This document shows, in pieces, positions 1-9,380 of a stretch of 64,000 nucleotides of DNA. Location: IMG/VR virus record IMGVR_UViG_3300025127_000022, positions 1 to 64,000 of that record; one strand, 5' to 3'. Made by a program: the position numbers and the translations under genes. A model generated the notes under the pieces. The model worked only from the letters and a program-made list of their open reading frames with translations. It was not told the DNA's origin and searched no databases. The stretch comes from a virus. The stretch's first letter is position 1. Each line of letters begins with the position of its first letter.

Positions 1-449
1 CCTATAGTAAACACTTAAGTTATATACCTTAACGCAGTTCCTATAATATATAACCATACAGTAAAAGGATACATCCTATATATAATGGTTATACATAAGG
101 AACTTAACAATGACCCTATAGTATAATCCCTAAATTGGAATGTAATTCCTAAGGTAAAGATTAATCCCTCATGGTCCTCGACCATTGGTATCATATTACA
201 AGTGTTATTCGTAAACGTGTACTCACCTCCCAATTGGAATGGACTATGAAATCCTCATTAAATAAGACTAAAATAAAGGTCTAAATAAAAGACCATTGAA
301 GGGTCTTAAACAAGTCCCCCACACTGGTACTTATACATTTTTTTTAATGTCCTTATAGAGGTCCCTAGATACCTTAGAATGTATTATATGGTCTTAGACA
401 CTACCTAAATTAACGTGTTCCTTAATGACCCATAGTTATCGTATACTAT

Positions 450-476
450 TTACCACCTTTTACCACTAATTACCAC
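450..476 (-). repeat. Three TTACCAC (GTGGTAA on minus) direct repeats at exact 10-bp period; MraZ-box-like
   Basis: Copies at 450, 460 and 470. GTGG-N6 triple repeats are the known MraZ operator layout. Confidence 0.6.
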
Positions 477-750
477 ACTATGACACTATGTAAATTCCCT
501 CTAGGGAACTCCTATCTACAAATATACGAATAAATTACGTGTATCACAACACTAGGGGGAATTAGTTAATGGCCGCTAAAGGGATTGTGTCCTCTGCGAC
601 TCACGACTGACATTTTGACAAATCCAAATAATTAGACCACTATTTTAAAAAAGTTTTCAACATGACACCCTGTCAGGGGGAATTTAAAGGGGTACTGCAG
701 TGGGATTTTATATGTACCATAATGGGGACTAAGCATAACCCGCCCTTCCA

Positions 751-923
751 CACCCTAAAGGTACAAAAAATATTTTACATGGCCAAATTTTTATACTGAC
801 AATATGTCCATTGTTAATAACTTTTTTTTTATCAACACCCTATGTTAATAACTCTTAGAGGACCAGACAAATTGTCACCCATTTTATTTGGCCATCTCAA
901 AAAAAAGTGGTACCTTTAGGGTG
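751..923. promoter_or_regulatory. Back-to-back divergent Bacteroidota-type promoters forming an inverted repeat
   Basis: CACCCTAAAGGTAC 751-764 mirrors GTACCTTTAGGGTG 910-923; ATGGCCAAAT 779-788 mirrors ATTTGGCCAT 886-895. Each arm reads TTTG-N20-TACCTTTA. Confidence 0.6.
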
Positions 924-1007
924 GTAGTGGGAGGGAAGTATACTATGGTGAACCCTACACTCTAGGGCAGGTGGTGCCCTCATGGTCTTCCACCACATCT
1001 TATAATA

Positions 1008-1039
1008 TAAAGGTACGAAAAATAAATGAGACTACCAAA
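1008..1039 (-). promoter_or_regulatory. Third TTTG-N20-TACCTTTA promoter-like element
   Basis: TAAAGGTA 1008-1015 and CAAA 1036-1039 on plus, with the same 20-nt spacing. Confidence 0.5.
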
Positions 1040-1323
1040 TTTTAGGACCACTTTCTTACATGACAATATGACAATCCTGCAGGGGGGCTTACATAGGGGT
1101 ATGCTATGGGGATGCAGCCCCTATACTAATACTCTCTCCCTATACCCCCTTATGGGTCCCTGGAGCGGCCCCCTGCCCCCCTGGCTGCTGGCCGTATCCC
1201 CCCTTACTAGCGGCTTTTGAGGGGGTATAATGGGGGGACGGTCCTAAAAAAGAAATGTGCACTAAAAATTTTTTGGGAAATTTTTTTATGAGAATTTGGT
1301 ATTTATTGGGAAACCATATTACT

Positions 1324-1632
1324 ATGTTAAGAGATAAGATAAAAGAAGAACTAAGATTACTATCTGAACAACAATTAGATTATGACAGGTCTGGTGGAGA
1401 AGATACTAGAGACTGGTGGAGAGCAAAACTACAGAGTTATATAATGAGTGCTATAGAAGATGTGGACCAAATGATGTATGATGGTAGTAGGTCAATGGGT
1501 CATTACAATGAAATGGGTGTATATGTACCTTTAGCAGAACTTAAACGATTTAGTAATGCAGAGATAGCTGGGATTCTAGATAAGGTAATGAGAAGATTTC
1601 CCCCAGCATACGGAAACCCATCTGAATATTAG
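1324..1632 (+). CDS. Hypothetical protein with N-terminal leader (MLRDKIKEELRLLSEQ)
   Basis: TATTTAT at 1300-1306 favours the ATG at 1324 over the track start at 1255. Confidence 0.7.
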   Translation: MLRDKIKEELRLLSEQQLDYDRSGGEDTRDWWRAKLQSYIMSAIEDVDQMMYDGSRSMGHYNEMGVYVPLAELKRFSNAEIAGILDKVMRRFPPAYGNPSEY

Positions 1633-1677
1633 TATATAGTGTAAATTTTTCCGGAGAAAATTTTTCGGGAATTTGAC

Positions 1678-1881
1678 CTATAGGTTTCTATCCCTATTAT
1701 ACAGGTCTTTTTCAAGTCGTACAATTTCTGACATTACCTTATCAGCTTCAAAAGTCTTTTCATCACTCTTAGTACGATTCGTCCTAGATAGTTTATAAGA
1801 TTCTTCCATTAGGGAATTATACTTATCATTAAGTTTTTCCAGTTCTGTTTTTCTTTTAAATAATTTCTTTATCCAATTCAT
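1678..1881 (-). CDS. Lacal_2735-like small protein
   Basis: LFKRKTELEKL..KY..LMEESYKLS.TNR.KSDEK..EA pattern typical of the flavobacterial family. Confidence 0.7.
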   Translation of the reverse strand: MNWIKKLFKRKTELEKLNDKYNSLMEESYKLSRTNRTKSDEKTFEADKVMSEIVRLEKDLYNRDRNL

Positions 1882-2620
1882 AATTTCTATTGTTTTCTTT
1901 TTTTAACCCAAATGTAGGCAAGTATCATCAAACCTATTCCCCAACTTATTTCGTAAATCTCAAACATTTCTCTTATTTTTTACCCACATATAAATTACCA
2001 CTATAAACGTTACAGCCCATAATAACTCTAAACAATCAAATATATTCATTTCCTGGACAAAAATAAATAGGTTAAAATACAAGCTATAGTAATAACAGTC
2101 CCTACAATAAACACATCAGGCACTTCAATTATTTTACCATCAGCTGTTTTACCTATTTCAATCATATAATCTTTTACCTTCATTATTTCTTTTTTGTTAT
2201 TTGTCTAATCTTGTAAACAACGTACCCCAACATTGGAGTTCCCATCAATAAGGTTAGTAAACTAGGATGTGGTTCTCCACATAATCCCAACGTGTGTCTT
2301 AACCATTCAATCATTTATTTATCTTTTTTACTTCTTCAATGTTTATCATGGTATTTAACGTTGTTCCTATACTAAAGTTTTGTTTTAGTAATACTTTATT
2401 ACCTACCACCTTCTCAACTGTATATGGGGAATCCATCCACCTTACAGTATCTCCAACTTTAATATTGTTCATCATTTTCTTTTTATTTTAAAAGATAATG
2501 TATCCATCTCATATGATTTTTGGAAAAACCATAATACCATTTTAATTATTTTGTTCATATTGGTTATTTTTACTATATACAATATACGAAAGTTGATAAC
2601 ATTTATGAAGTGTAACCTTA

Positions 2621-2863
2621 TTACTTTTTAAGGCGGCTACCGGAATCCTCCGGAAATTTTTTTTCGTCGGGTTCCCCGTTTTTTTGTAAGGGGTTCTTTT
2701 TATTGGTTTTTCGTGAAGTGTTATTAATCATTAGGGTTAATCTATCTAATTCTTGTTCTAACAACATCTCCGTTTCATTATCTAATGGTTTCCCATTTGC
2801 CATACCCATTTCTAACTGAAGTTCGATTTCAGCAATCTGGTTTAAGATTATCTTATTGTTCAT
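2621..2863 (-). CDS. Hypothetical protein
   Basis: ORF within a run of short minus-strand ORFs. Confidence 0.55.
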   Translation of the reverse strand: MNNKIILNQIAEIELQLEMGMANGKPLDNETEMLLEQELDRLTLMINNTSRKTNKKNPLQKNGEPDEKKFPEDSGSRLKK

Positions 2864-3210
2864 TTTACTTAATTACTTTGTATGTACAATTACTATCAGA
2901 ATTAACGTTTAATAGTTCACAAAATTTTATAGCTTCGGATTTTTCTAATTCCACAACAACCCCTAAACTATCATTTAGTAGAACTGTGATATTTTTTTCT
3001 ATTATTGTTTTTTGAATTTTATATGTTTTTATTTCTTTACTCATATTTGTTTTTATGTTTGCATTTTCGAGTGTATCGTTTTTTATTACGATAGATATTA
3101 GGACGTGTTGCCATTTTTATTTCTTGATATGTTATCTTTATAACTTTCACACTATGAATATAATGCAAGTTTTACATAAACACAAATATTTATAGTAATA
3201 AATTGTTAAA

Positions 3211-3324
3211 ATGAAAAAAATATTTTACATAGTACTTTTATCCTTATTTGTCATTGGTTGTTCTACAACGAAAGAAGTTTGTGAGGAAGAAACTAAAAAA
3301 GAATGTTGTTCTAAAAATAAATAA
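3211..3324 (+). CDS. Small putative lipoprotein (37 aa, not in ORF track)
   Basis: MKKIFYIVLLSLFVIGCSTTKEVCEEETKKECCSKNK with lipobox-like VIGC; TATTTAT at 3187-3193. Confidence 0.6.
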   Translation: MKKIFYIVLLSLFVIGCSTTKEVCEEETKKECCSKNK

Positions 3325-3326
3325 AG

Positions 3327-4238
3327 ATGAAAAATACACTAAAAGAAGAGATTAATAGAATCAATCAATTATTAACTGAACGTGATATGAATGACGCTGC
3401 GATGGACGTTCATGGAGTAATGAGTGACGTTAATGTGAATAAAAGTGAGATAAGTGATATGAGAGGTGAGATAAGTGATATGGATGATATGCTAAACGAT
3501 GTTTTTGGAGATGAGATACGTAATAGGTTTTCTGAAAAAAATGTAGATGATATGTCTGGTGCTATTCACGACCTAGGTGATGCGGCTCAATCTTTAGAAG
3601 ATGCTGAAGATGAATTAGATATTACACATTCACAGTTAGAAGATTTGTATAATAGTTTACACGACATGGGTAAATCAGATTTACGTGATAGTTTAAGTGA
3701 AATGAGATTTGATGGTAAATCTACAGGTTTATTTAGTGATGAAGAAACTACTATGAATGAACTGGAGATTGATGAAAGTCATTGTAGTTCTAAAGATTTA
3801 GATGAAGGACATTGTAGTAGTAAAGGACTAGATGAAGATGAGGAAGAAGAAGTTTCTATGGCAAGAAAAAATAGAGTTCTTAGGAGACCTTATTCTTCTA
3901 GTGCAAAATTTAAAGCTGGTCTTAGTGAACAAGAGAGACCACCACTAGCTTTAGATAGGGAATTAAGTTTCGTTTTAGACGAAATACATGACGATTTATT
4001 TTATACCCTACCTGGACAATTCCAGGAATATAATTTAGGTGAACAAGTACGTCTATATCAAGAATTAAAAAGTAGATTAGATTCGTATCCAGCATCAAAA
4101 TCATTGCCTGAAGTTAAACAAATTCTTGACCGTATGGAATATGACCTAAGTGGTCTAGAAGGATTTAACGAAAGACTAGGTGAATTATTTTATATCTTAA
4201 CTGGTCGATACGAATTTTCTCCTGAAGCTAGAAGATAG
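3327..4238 (+). CDS. Acidic hypothetical protein with leader and internal L-x-E sites (putative internal head protein)
   Basis: Starts MKNTLKEEINRINQLLTE; internal HCSSK-x-LDE duplication. Confidence 0.75.
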   Translation: MKNTLKEEINRINQLLTERDMNDAAMDVHGVMSDVNVNKSEISDMRGEISDMDDMLNDVFGDEIRNRFSEKNVDDMSGAIHDLGDAAQSLEDAEDELDITHSQLEDLYNSLHDMGKSDLRDSLSEMRFDGKSTGLFSDEETTMNELEIDESHCSSKDLDEGHCSSKGLDEDEEEEVSMARKNRVLRRPYSSSAKFKAGLSEQERPPLALDRELSFVLDEIHDDLFYTLPGQFQEYNLGEQVRLYQELKSRLDSYPASKSLPEVKQILDRMEYDLSGLEGFNERLGELFYILTGRYEFSPEARR

Positions 4239-4329
4239 AAAAGATTAAGAAGTTAAGTGAATTAGAGTCGCTATAATTAACCAAACTACAAATGCCTGTA
4301 CGTAATTAAATCTTTTCTTTTTTAATTTT

Positions 4330-4521
4330 TTAATCATTTTTTTCTTTTTCATTTTTTTTTGTTTTTAAAAACGGTATTCCCGTTCGTTCATTAATAATAA
4401 TCTCTTTATCAGAAGGTAAATCTATTTCTTTATAACCTTCTATAAGTTCCTTTCTGAATATACGCATTAGTATATTAGTCTCAGACATTTTTTCTTGAAG
4501 TATATAATCTTTATACTTCAC
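4330..4521 (-). CDS. Hypothetical protein
   Basis: ORF in minus-strand cluster. Confidence 0.5.
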   Translation of the reverse strand: MKYKDYILQEKMSETNILMRIFRKELIEGYKEIDLPSDKEIIINERTGIPFLKTKKNEKEKND

Positions 4522-4675
4522 CTTTTTCTTTTTTTACTAGCTTTACCAGTTTAATTCCTACTATCATATTTTTATAAGTTATTTTATAACCCCCTATAAA
4601 CATTGGGTCCTCTTCTAAGATTCCTTCACATATTTTGCCACCCTCAGAAGAATTATAAAATTTTACTTTTTTCAT

Positions 4676-4972
4676 TTAACCTATTAAGTCGTGATTATTA
4701 ACTTTTACTAATTGGTCTTCATTAAAAATATGAAGTAACCCGTAATTGTCCATTTCTCCCACCACTCTAACATTTCCGTTCTTAGTTTCAAATACCGACA
4801 CTATAGTACAAGGAAATTCATATCCTTTTGGTTTACGGGCCATATCACCTACTTTAAATTTAGGTTTTAATTGTTCACACAGTAAAGGATTTTTCTCACC
4901 AGTTAATTCTTCATAGTAAGGATTTAATTCACCAGTTTGAGGGTCGTATGTTGGTATTTTATTTTTCATCAT
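4676..4972 (-). CDS. Hypothetical protein
   Basis: Overlaps the end of the upstream gene; SH3/KOW-like C-terminal half (FKVGDMARK). Confidence 0.65.
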   Translation of the reverse strand: MMKNKIPTYDPQTGELNPYYEELTGEKNPLLCEQLKPKFKVGDMARKPKGYEFPCTIVSVFETKNGNVRVVGEMDNYGLLHIFNEDQLVKVNNHDLIG

Positions 4973-5420
4973 TTAAATTATTTAATATTTCAGGATTCTG
5001 TTTTAAAGTTTGTAATGTTATTAGATTTTTAATTTTAGTTGTCGACCAATTATGTGACCTAGTAGTGTATATTACCTTAGGTGGTAAATGGTCACCAGTA
5101 AAGGGTTTGCCAATGTAATCATCACCGAGTATTCTAATATCTGGTTGGTAAAAATTAATTAATCTTTCTAATTCTTCTTCAGTTTGATAGGTTTGAACCT
5201 CATCCACATATTTGATAGCCATTAAAGTTTTATACCTTTCGTATAGAGGTACTACAGGTTTATATTTAGTATTTCTCGTAGAAGAAGGGTCTCGTTGTAA
5301 AAAAACAATAAAATAGTCACAGTGTTCTTTTGCTTTTTCAAAAGTATATATGTAACCTGGATGCAGTAAATCGAAATTTCCTGCGGTAAACCCAACTACT
5401 TTTTTATCTCTTTGAATCAT
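4959..5420 (-). CDS. Cytidylyltransferase-family protein (TagD/RfaE-like)
   Basis: GFTAGNFDLLHPGY (HxGH-like), ERY..L.AIKYVDEV, LGDDY, R.H.WSTT. Confidence 0.85.
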   Translation of the reverse strand: MIQRDKKVVGFTAGNFDLLHPGYIYTFEKAKEHCDYFIVFLQRDPSSTRNTKYKPVVPLYERYKTLMAIKYVDEVQTYQTEEELERLINFYQPDIRILGDDYIGKPFTGDHLPPKVIYTTRSHNWSTTKIKNLITLQTLKQNPEILNNLNDEK

Positions 5421-5676
5421 TATTTGTATTTTTAATAAATTTTATTTCATTTCTGGTTTCTATCCACACCCTTGCACCACAAGATAAAGGTTTATCTGGG
5501 GAATAAATTATGGTGGCTACCTCATCCCCATCCTTATCTTTAATAATCACTTTATCTGCATAATCATTAGTGTTATAAGTTTTACATGTAATTACAGGAT
5601 TTCTTTCACCAGTTTTGGTATTACGTCTAATCACATGTTGATTAATGTGGATTATTTTCTTTTTTAAAGTTCCCAT
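5404..5676 (-). CDS. Hypothetical phage protein
   Basis: IHINQHVIRRN...PVIT.K...YSPDKPLSCGARVWIET; coupled to the downstream gene. Confidence 0.7.
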   Translation of the reverse strand: MGTLKKKIIHINQHVIRRNTKTGERNPVITCKTYNTNDYADKVIIKDKDGDEVATIIYSPDKPLSCGARVWIETRNEIKFIKNTNNDSKR

Positions 5677-5836
5677 ATGGATTTACGTTTATTTTTCTTT
5701 GGCCATTTATATGACCACCATAACACTATTTTAGCTATCAGTCTTTTCATCTTTTTCATCTTTATATGCGGATGGTGAGGGTAAATCACTGTAATGGCAA
5801 TAAACATCTGCAGGATACCTTTTTATAGTACTAAAA

Positions 5837-6028
5837 CTATATTTTAAATTTTCTTTTTTTTCCTTTTTTGGTTGGGGGGAATCTTCCCCAGTTTCCGTGT
5901 CCGTCATAATCTATTATGTCATCTTTTAAAGTTATTTTATTTTCTATTTCTTTCTTAGTACTAAACATAAAGAAAAATACATAAGTAGCAAATATAATAA
6001 ATCCAGTTATGAATATTAAGAATCCCAT
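5837..6028 (-). CDS. Small membrane protein
   Basis: N-terminal TM helix similar to 6016..6216. Confidence 0.65.
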   Translation of the reverse strand: MGFLIFITGFIIFATYVFFFMFSTKKEIENKITLKDDIIDYDGHGNWGRFPPTKKGKKRKFKI

Positions 6029-6216
6029 CTATCACTTATTTTATTTCGTGTTTCTTCTTCAAATGTATCTAACAATTTTTTATATGTATTAGTTTTGTAT
6101 TTATATTTACCCTGAGCTCTTTCTTGATGTTTATGTGCTCTATTAATCATTCTCAATAAAAAAAACATATAAGTAACAAAAATTACAAAGCCTATACAAA
6201 ATATTAATATATCCAT
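6016..6216 (-). CDS. Small membrane protein
   Basis: N-terminal TM helix IF.GFVIF.TY.FF. Confidence 0.65.
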   Translation of the reverse strand: MDILIFCIGFVIFVTYMFFLLRMINRAHKHQERAQGKYKYKTNTYKKLLDTFEEETRNKISDRWDS

Positions 6217-6220
6217 AACT

Positions 6221-6385
6221 TTATTTTTTTAATGTGTTAAAAAAACAACCACATGCTAATATTGAGGGTACCCATATACCAACAAACATTCCTTCATCTT
6301 TGTATCCTAGGAACCATAACGTTACAGAAAATAAAAAGCTAATAAAAGCCAGTAGTATAGGGTAATATTTTTCTAAATTTTTCAT
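6221..6385 (-). CDS. Small two-TM membrane protein (54 aa, not in ORF track)
   Basis: MKNLEKYYPILLAFISFLFSVTLWFLGYKDEGMFVGIWVPSILACGCFFNTLKK fills the gap between neighbours. Confidence 0.6.
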   Translation of the reverse strand: MKNLEKYYPILLAFISFLFSVTLWFLGYKDEGMFVGIWVPSILACGCFFNTLKK

Positions 6386-6390
6386 TTTTA

Positions 6391-6786
6391 TTAATTATTT
6401 TTTAATTTATGTTTTTCTTTTACTCTTTGTGAAATGGGTATAGCATCACCCTGTTCGTCTATTCTTACAAAAACCATATCAGTTGAAAGAATAACTGTTT
6501 GATGTCCGTCATAAACACTGTGACTTCTCGCTTCTAAGTTTAGTGTAATACTTGTTTTTCCTATTTTAGAAATTCCACCGTAAATTTTTAATAACTGACC
6601 TTCTTTGGCTGGTTTATTAAAAATACATTGGTCTATAGCTTTTGTTACCATTCTAGGAGTATCACACATTTCTGCAGCGAATCCTGCACCTGCAGCATCC
6701 ATCCACGCTAAAAGTTTACCACCAAAAAGATTTCCATGAAACCCTAAATCGGACTTTTTAATAGGATGTGTTGTGATATGTCTCAT
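6391..6786 (-). CDS. Acyl-CoA thioesterase (hotdog fold, YciA-like)
   Basis: DLGFHGNLFGGKLLAWMDAAG, MVT, G.TSI, MVFVRIDEQG. Confidence 0.85.
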   Translation of the reverse strand: MRHITTHPIKKSDLGFHGNLFGGKLLAWMDAAGAGFAAEMCDTPRMVTKAIDQCIFNKPAKEGQLLKIYGGISKIGKTSITLNLEARSHSVYDGHQTVILSTDMVFVRIDEQGDAIPISQRVKEKHKLKNN

Positions 6787-6915
6787 TTATTTTCATTTTT
6801 TAAAAAGAAATATTCGATTAAGGCATAAAGTGCAGTTCCAGTAAGAATCACACACCAAGATACTGCTACAATCATTGCTATTTTTTCTTCCATATTTATA
6901 TTTTTTTATTCACTA

Positions 6916-6947
6916 CAAATATACACCTAATAATCGATACAATCAAA
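6916..6947 (-). promoter_or_regulatory. Bacteroidota housekeeping-sigma promoter
   Basis: TTTG-N20-TATATTTG on minus, heading the 4.3-6.9 kb minus cluster. Confidence 0.65.
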
Positions 6948-7001
6948 TGAACCGATTCTATTTTTTAGAAAGATTTACTATTTATTATAAAAAACATTAT
7001 T

Positions 7002-7409
7002 ATGAAAAAACAATTTTTAATTTCACAAGAAGAAAAGAATAGGATTTTGGGTTTACATGAGTCTTATCTAGGTAATCACGGGACATCTTTAATTAAAGAA
7101 GAAAGTACTGCAGATAAAATGAGAGGTTGTCAAGATGAAAATGTTGGTAATTTTAATAAAAAGGACGAAGGTTTATTTGGTATTCTTTTTAACTCTATAA
7201 GTGGTCCAGGAACAAATGAAAAAGCAGTTAGAAAAGTTATATCTACAGATAATTTTAAATATTTTACAAAAGAAAAACAAAAACAATTTAGTGAAAGATT
7301 AAAATGTATCGAAGGTGATAAATTTAGTGGGATACTAAATTTTATCATGAACGACTTTTCAGGTAAAGAAAAAGATACTATTCAAAAACTATTATCTAAC
7401 ATAAAGTAG
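7002..7409 (+). CDS. Leader-bearing protein with annexin-like repeat
   Basis: Leader EEKNRILGLHE...LIKE; LFNSISGPGTNEKAVRKVI; TATTTAT 6979-6985. Confidence 0.65.
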   Translation: MKKQFLISQEEKNRILGLHESYLGNHGTSLIKEESTADKMRGCQDENVGNFNKKDEGLFGILFNSISGPGTNEKAVRKVISTDNFKYFTKEKQKQFSERLKCIEGDKFSGILNFIMNDFSGKEKDTIQKLLSNIK

Positions 7410-7415
7410 TGTAGA

Positions 7416-7889
7416 ATGTCAAACAAAATTAGTAAACATATAAGTTGGAAAGAGGGTACCTTTAGTAGGACAGCACTCAGAAGAGGTTTAGATAATACAC
7501 CAGATGAAAAACAACTTCAATGTATGAAAGAGGTTGCTGAAACTGTATTTGAACCATTAAGAGAATGGGTAGGCGGACCTATTAAAATTAATAGTTTTTT
7601 TAGGGGAGAACCTGTCAATACAGCGATTGGTGGTTCTAAAACTTCACAGCATATGAAAGGTCAAGCGATTGATATAGATGACACATTCGGACATAAAACA
7701 AATGCTGAAATGTACCATTATATTAAAGATAATTTAGATTTTGACCAGTTGATTTGGGAATTCGGTGACGATAAAAATCCAAACTGGGTACATGTTAGTT
7801 ATGTTTCTCACAGACCCAACAGAAAAAGACTTACTATAGCTAAAAAAATAAATGGTAGAACAAGATATATACACGAAGCACATTCTTAA
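7416..7889 (+). CDS. Peptidase M15A family Zn peptidase (possible endolysin)
   Basis: IKINSFFR...NTAIGGSKTSQHMKGQAIDI, DQLIWE, WVHVSY. Confidence 0.85.
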   Translation: MSNKISKHISWKEGTFSRTALRRGLDNTPDEKQLQCMKEVAETVFEPLREWVGGPIKINSFFRGEPVNTAIGGSKTSQHMKGQAIDIDDTFGHKTNAEMYHYIKDNLDFDQLIWEFGDDKNPNWVHVSYVSHRPNRKRLTIAKKINGRTRYIHEAHS

Positions 7890-7897
7890 TTTAAAAA

Positions 7898-8608
7898 ATG
7901 CCTAAGTTACTTAACATATTAAAAGAACACATGTTACCATCTGATGTCCCATCAAACTCAGACTTAGATTTTGGTGGATTAGAAAATCTTATGGTTCAAG
8001 CTTTATTTAGACACGAGGGTGGTTGGGGAGTACCACCTAAGGCTTTTTTACTATACATTAGCCCTAGTGGAGTAATTAGAGGAATTAAAAATAGTCAACA
8101 TTCCTCACCTAGTGACCACCAATTTAGGGTAGGACAAAAAGTAAACTTATCTGATTTAATTGAGTTTGAGAATAATAGTAAGTTTGATTTACGTATGAAA
8201 GGTAGGATACGTGAAAGTAGGATGAATGAAGAAAAAAGTAATGTACATCCTATCATCACATATATGGAGAATATAAAACCCCATTATGATTTATTAGATG
8301 ATTACATCAAGTTAAGAGTTTATTTTAAGAATGCTGGATATAGTGAAGAAGATTTGAAATCAGTAAAAAGAGCACCACAGTGGGTATTTCAGATACAAAA
8401 CAGTTTTCCACTTAAGATAGAAAAAATGAAAAGAGACCTTCAAAAAATAGGAATACTTAAATTTAAGGGTTATCCTGACGGTGACGATAAAATATTAATA
8501 GATTACATTAAAAACGAACTAAAGAAGATAGACCAAGAGTTCCCAATGAATCCACCTGAAACTTCATATGTCCCACCCATAATGAAAGACGGTAGTCACC
8601 TTATTTAA
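7898..8608 (+). CDS. Hypothetical protein with leader ([10 protein letters not shown])
   Basis: Long ORF in operon; internal RMNEE junction. Confidence 0.7.
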   Translation: MPKLLNILKEHMLPSDVPSNSDLDFGGLENLMVQALFRHEGGWGVPPKAFLLYISPSGVIRGIKNSQHSSPSDHQFRVGQKVNLSDLIEFENNSKFDLRMKGRIRESRMNEEKSNVHPIITYMENIKPHYDLLDDYIKLRVYFKNAGYSEEDLKSVKRAPQWVFQIQNSFPLKIEKMKRDLQKIGILKFKGYPDGDDKILIDYIKNELKKIDQEFPMNPPETSYVPPIMKDGSHLI

Positions 8609-9345
8609 CCTACCATAGATTTTAAGTACTCTCTATTTAATCTAGCTATATTCTCTAAAGAAATGCCCTTAGGACATTCTACTTCACAAGCTCCAGTGTT
8701 TGTACAATTACCAAAACCCTCATTATCCATTTGTTTTACCATACTAACAACTCTTTCCTTAGCTTCTACTTTACCTTGGGGTAATAAAGAAAATTGTGAT
8801 ACTTTCGCCCCAACAAATAACATAGCAGAACTATTTTTACATGTAGCGACACAAGCCCCACAACCTATACAAGTTGCTGCTTCAAAAGATTTGTCAGCGT
8901 CTGTTTTGGGAATAGGTATAGTGTTTGCATCTATAACACTACCAGTATTTATTGAAATATAACCTCCCGCTTGTTGTATTCTATCAAACGCTCCTCTATC
9001 TACAACTAAATCTTTTATAATCGGGAATGCTTTTGCCCTAAATGGCTCAACGTATATTGTATCACCATCTTTAAAACTTCTCATATGTAATTGACAAGTA
9101 GTTACTCCTTTATCGGGGCCATGTGGTTCTCCATTAATATACATTGAGCACATCCCACAAATTCCTTCTCTACAGTCATGGTCAAAAGCGACAGGGCTTT
9201 CACCCCTCTTTATTAGATTGGAATTTAAAACATCCATCATTTCTAAAAATGACATATCACCAGAAATATCTTTTATCTGGTAAGTAACTATTTTACCTTT
9301 AGATTTTCTATTTTTTTGTCTCCAGACTTTTAGGGTTAAATTCAT
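8605..9345 (-). CDS. sdhB: Succinate dehydrogenase/fumarate reductase iron-sulfur subunit
   Basis: [49 protein letters not shown]; Bacteroidota type. Confidence 0.95.
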   Translation of the reverse strand: MNLTLKVWRQKNRKSKGKIVTYQIKDISGDMSFLEMMDVLNSNLIKRGESPVAFDHDCREGICGMCSMYINGEPHGPDKGVTTCQLHMRSFKDGDTIYVEPFRAKAFPIIKDLVVDRGAFDRIQQAGGYISINTGSVIDANTIPIPKTDADKSFEAATCIGCGACVATCKNSSAMLFVGAKVSQFSLLPQGKVEAKERVVSMVKQMDNEGFGNCTNTGACEVECPKGISLENIARLNREYLKSMVG

Positions 9346-9380
9346 TAAATAATTTTTTCAAAATTTCAGGTCCACCTCAT

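Larger units (their letters stand above)
1..1260. other. Long non-coding region with clustered protein-binding-site-like motifs (candidate origin or genome end)
   Basis: No credible ORF. Contains phased TTACCAC repeats, TGACA-N3-TGTCA palindromes, DnaA-box-like 9-mers, several Bacteroidota-type promoters and a G/C-homopolymer tract. Confidence 0.6.

Noticed and set aside
15-1220. ORFs 15..233 (-) and 1026..1220 (+)
   Set aside because: Atypical composition, no recognisable motifs, and located in the motif-rich non-coding region; likely chance ORFs.
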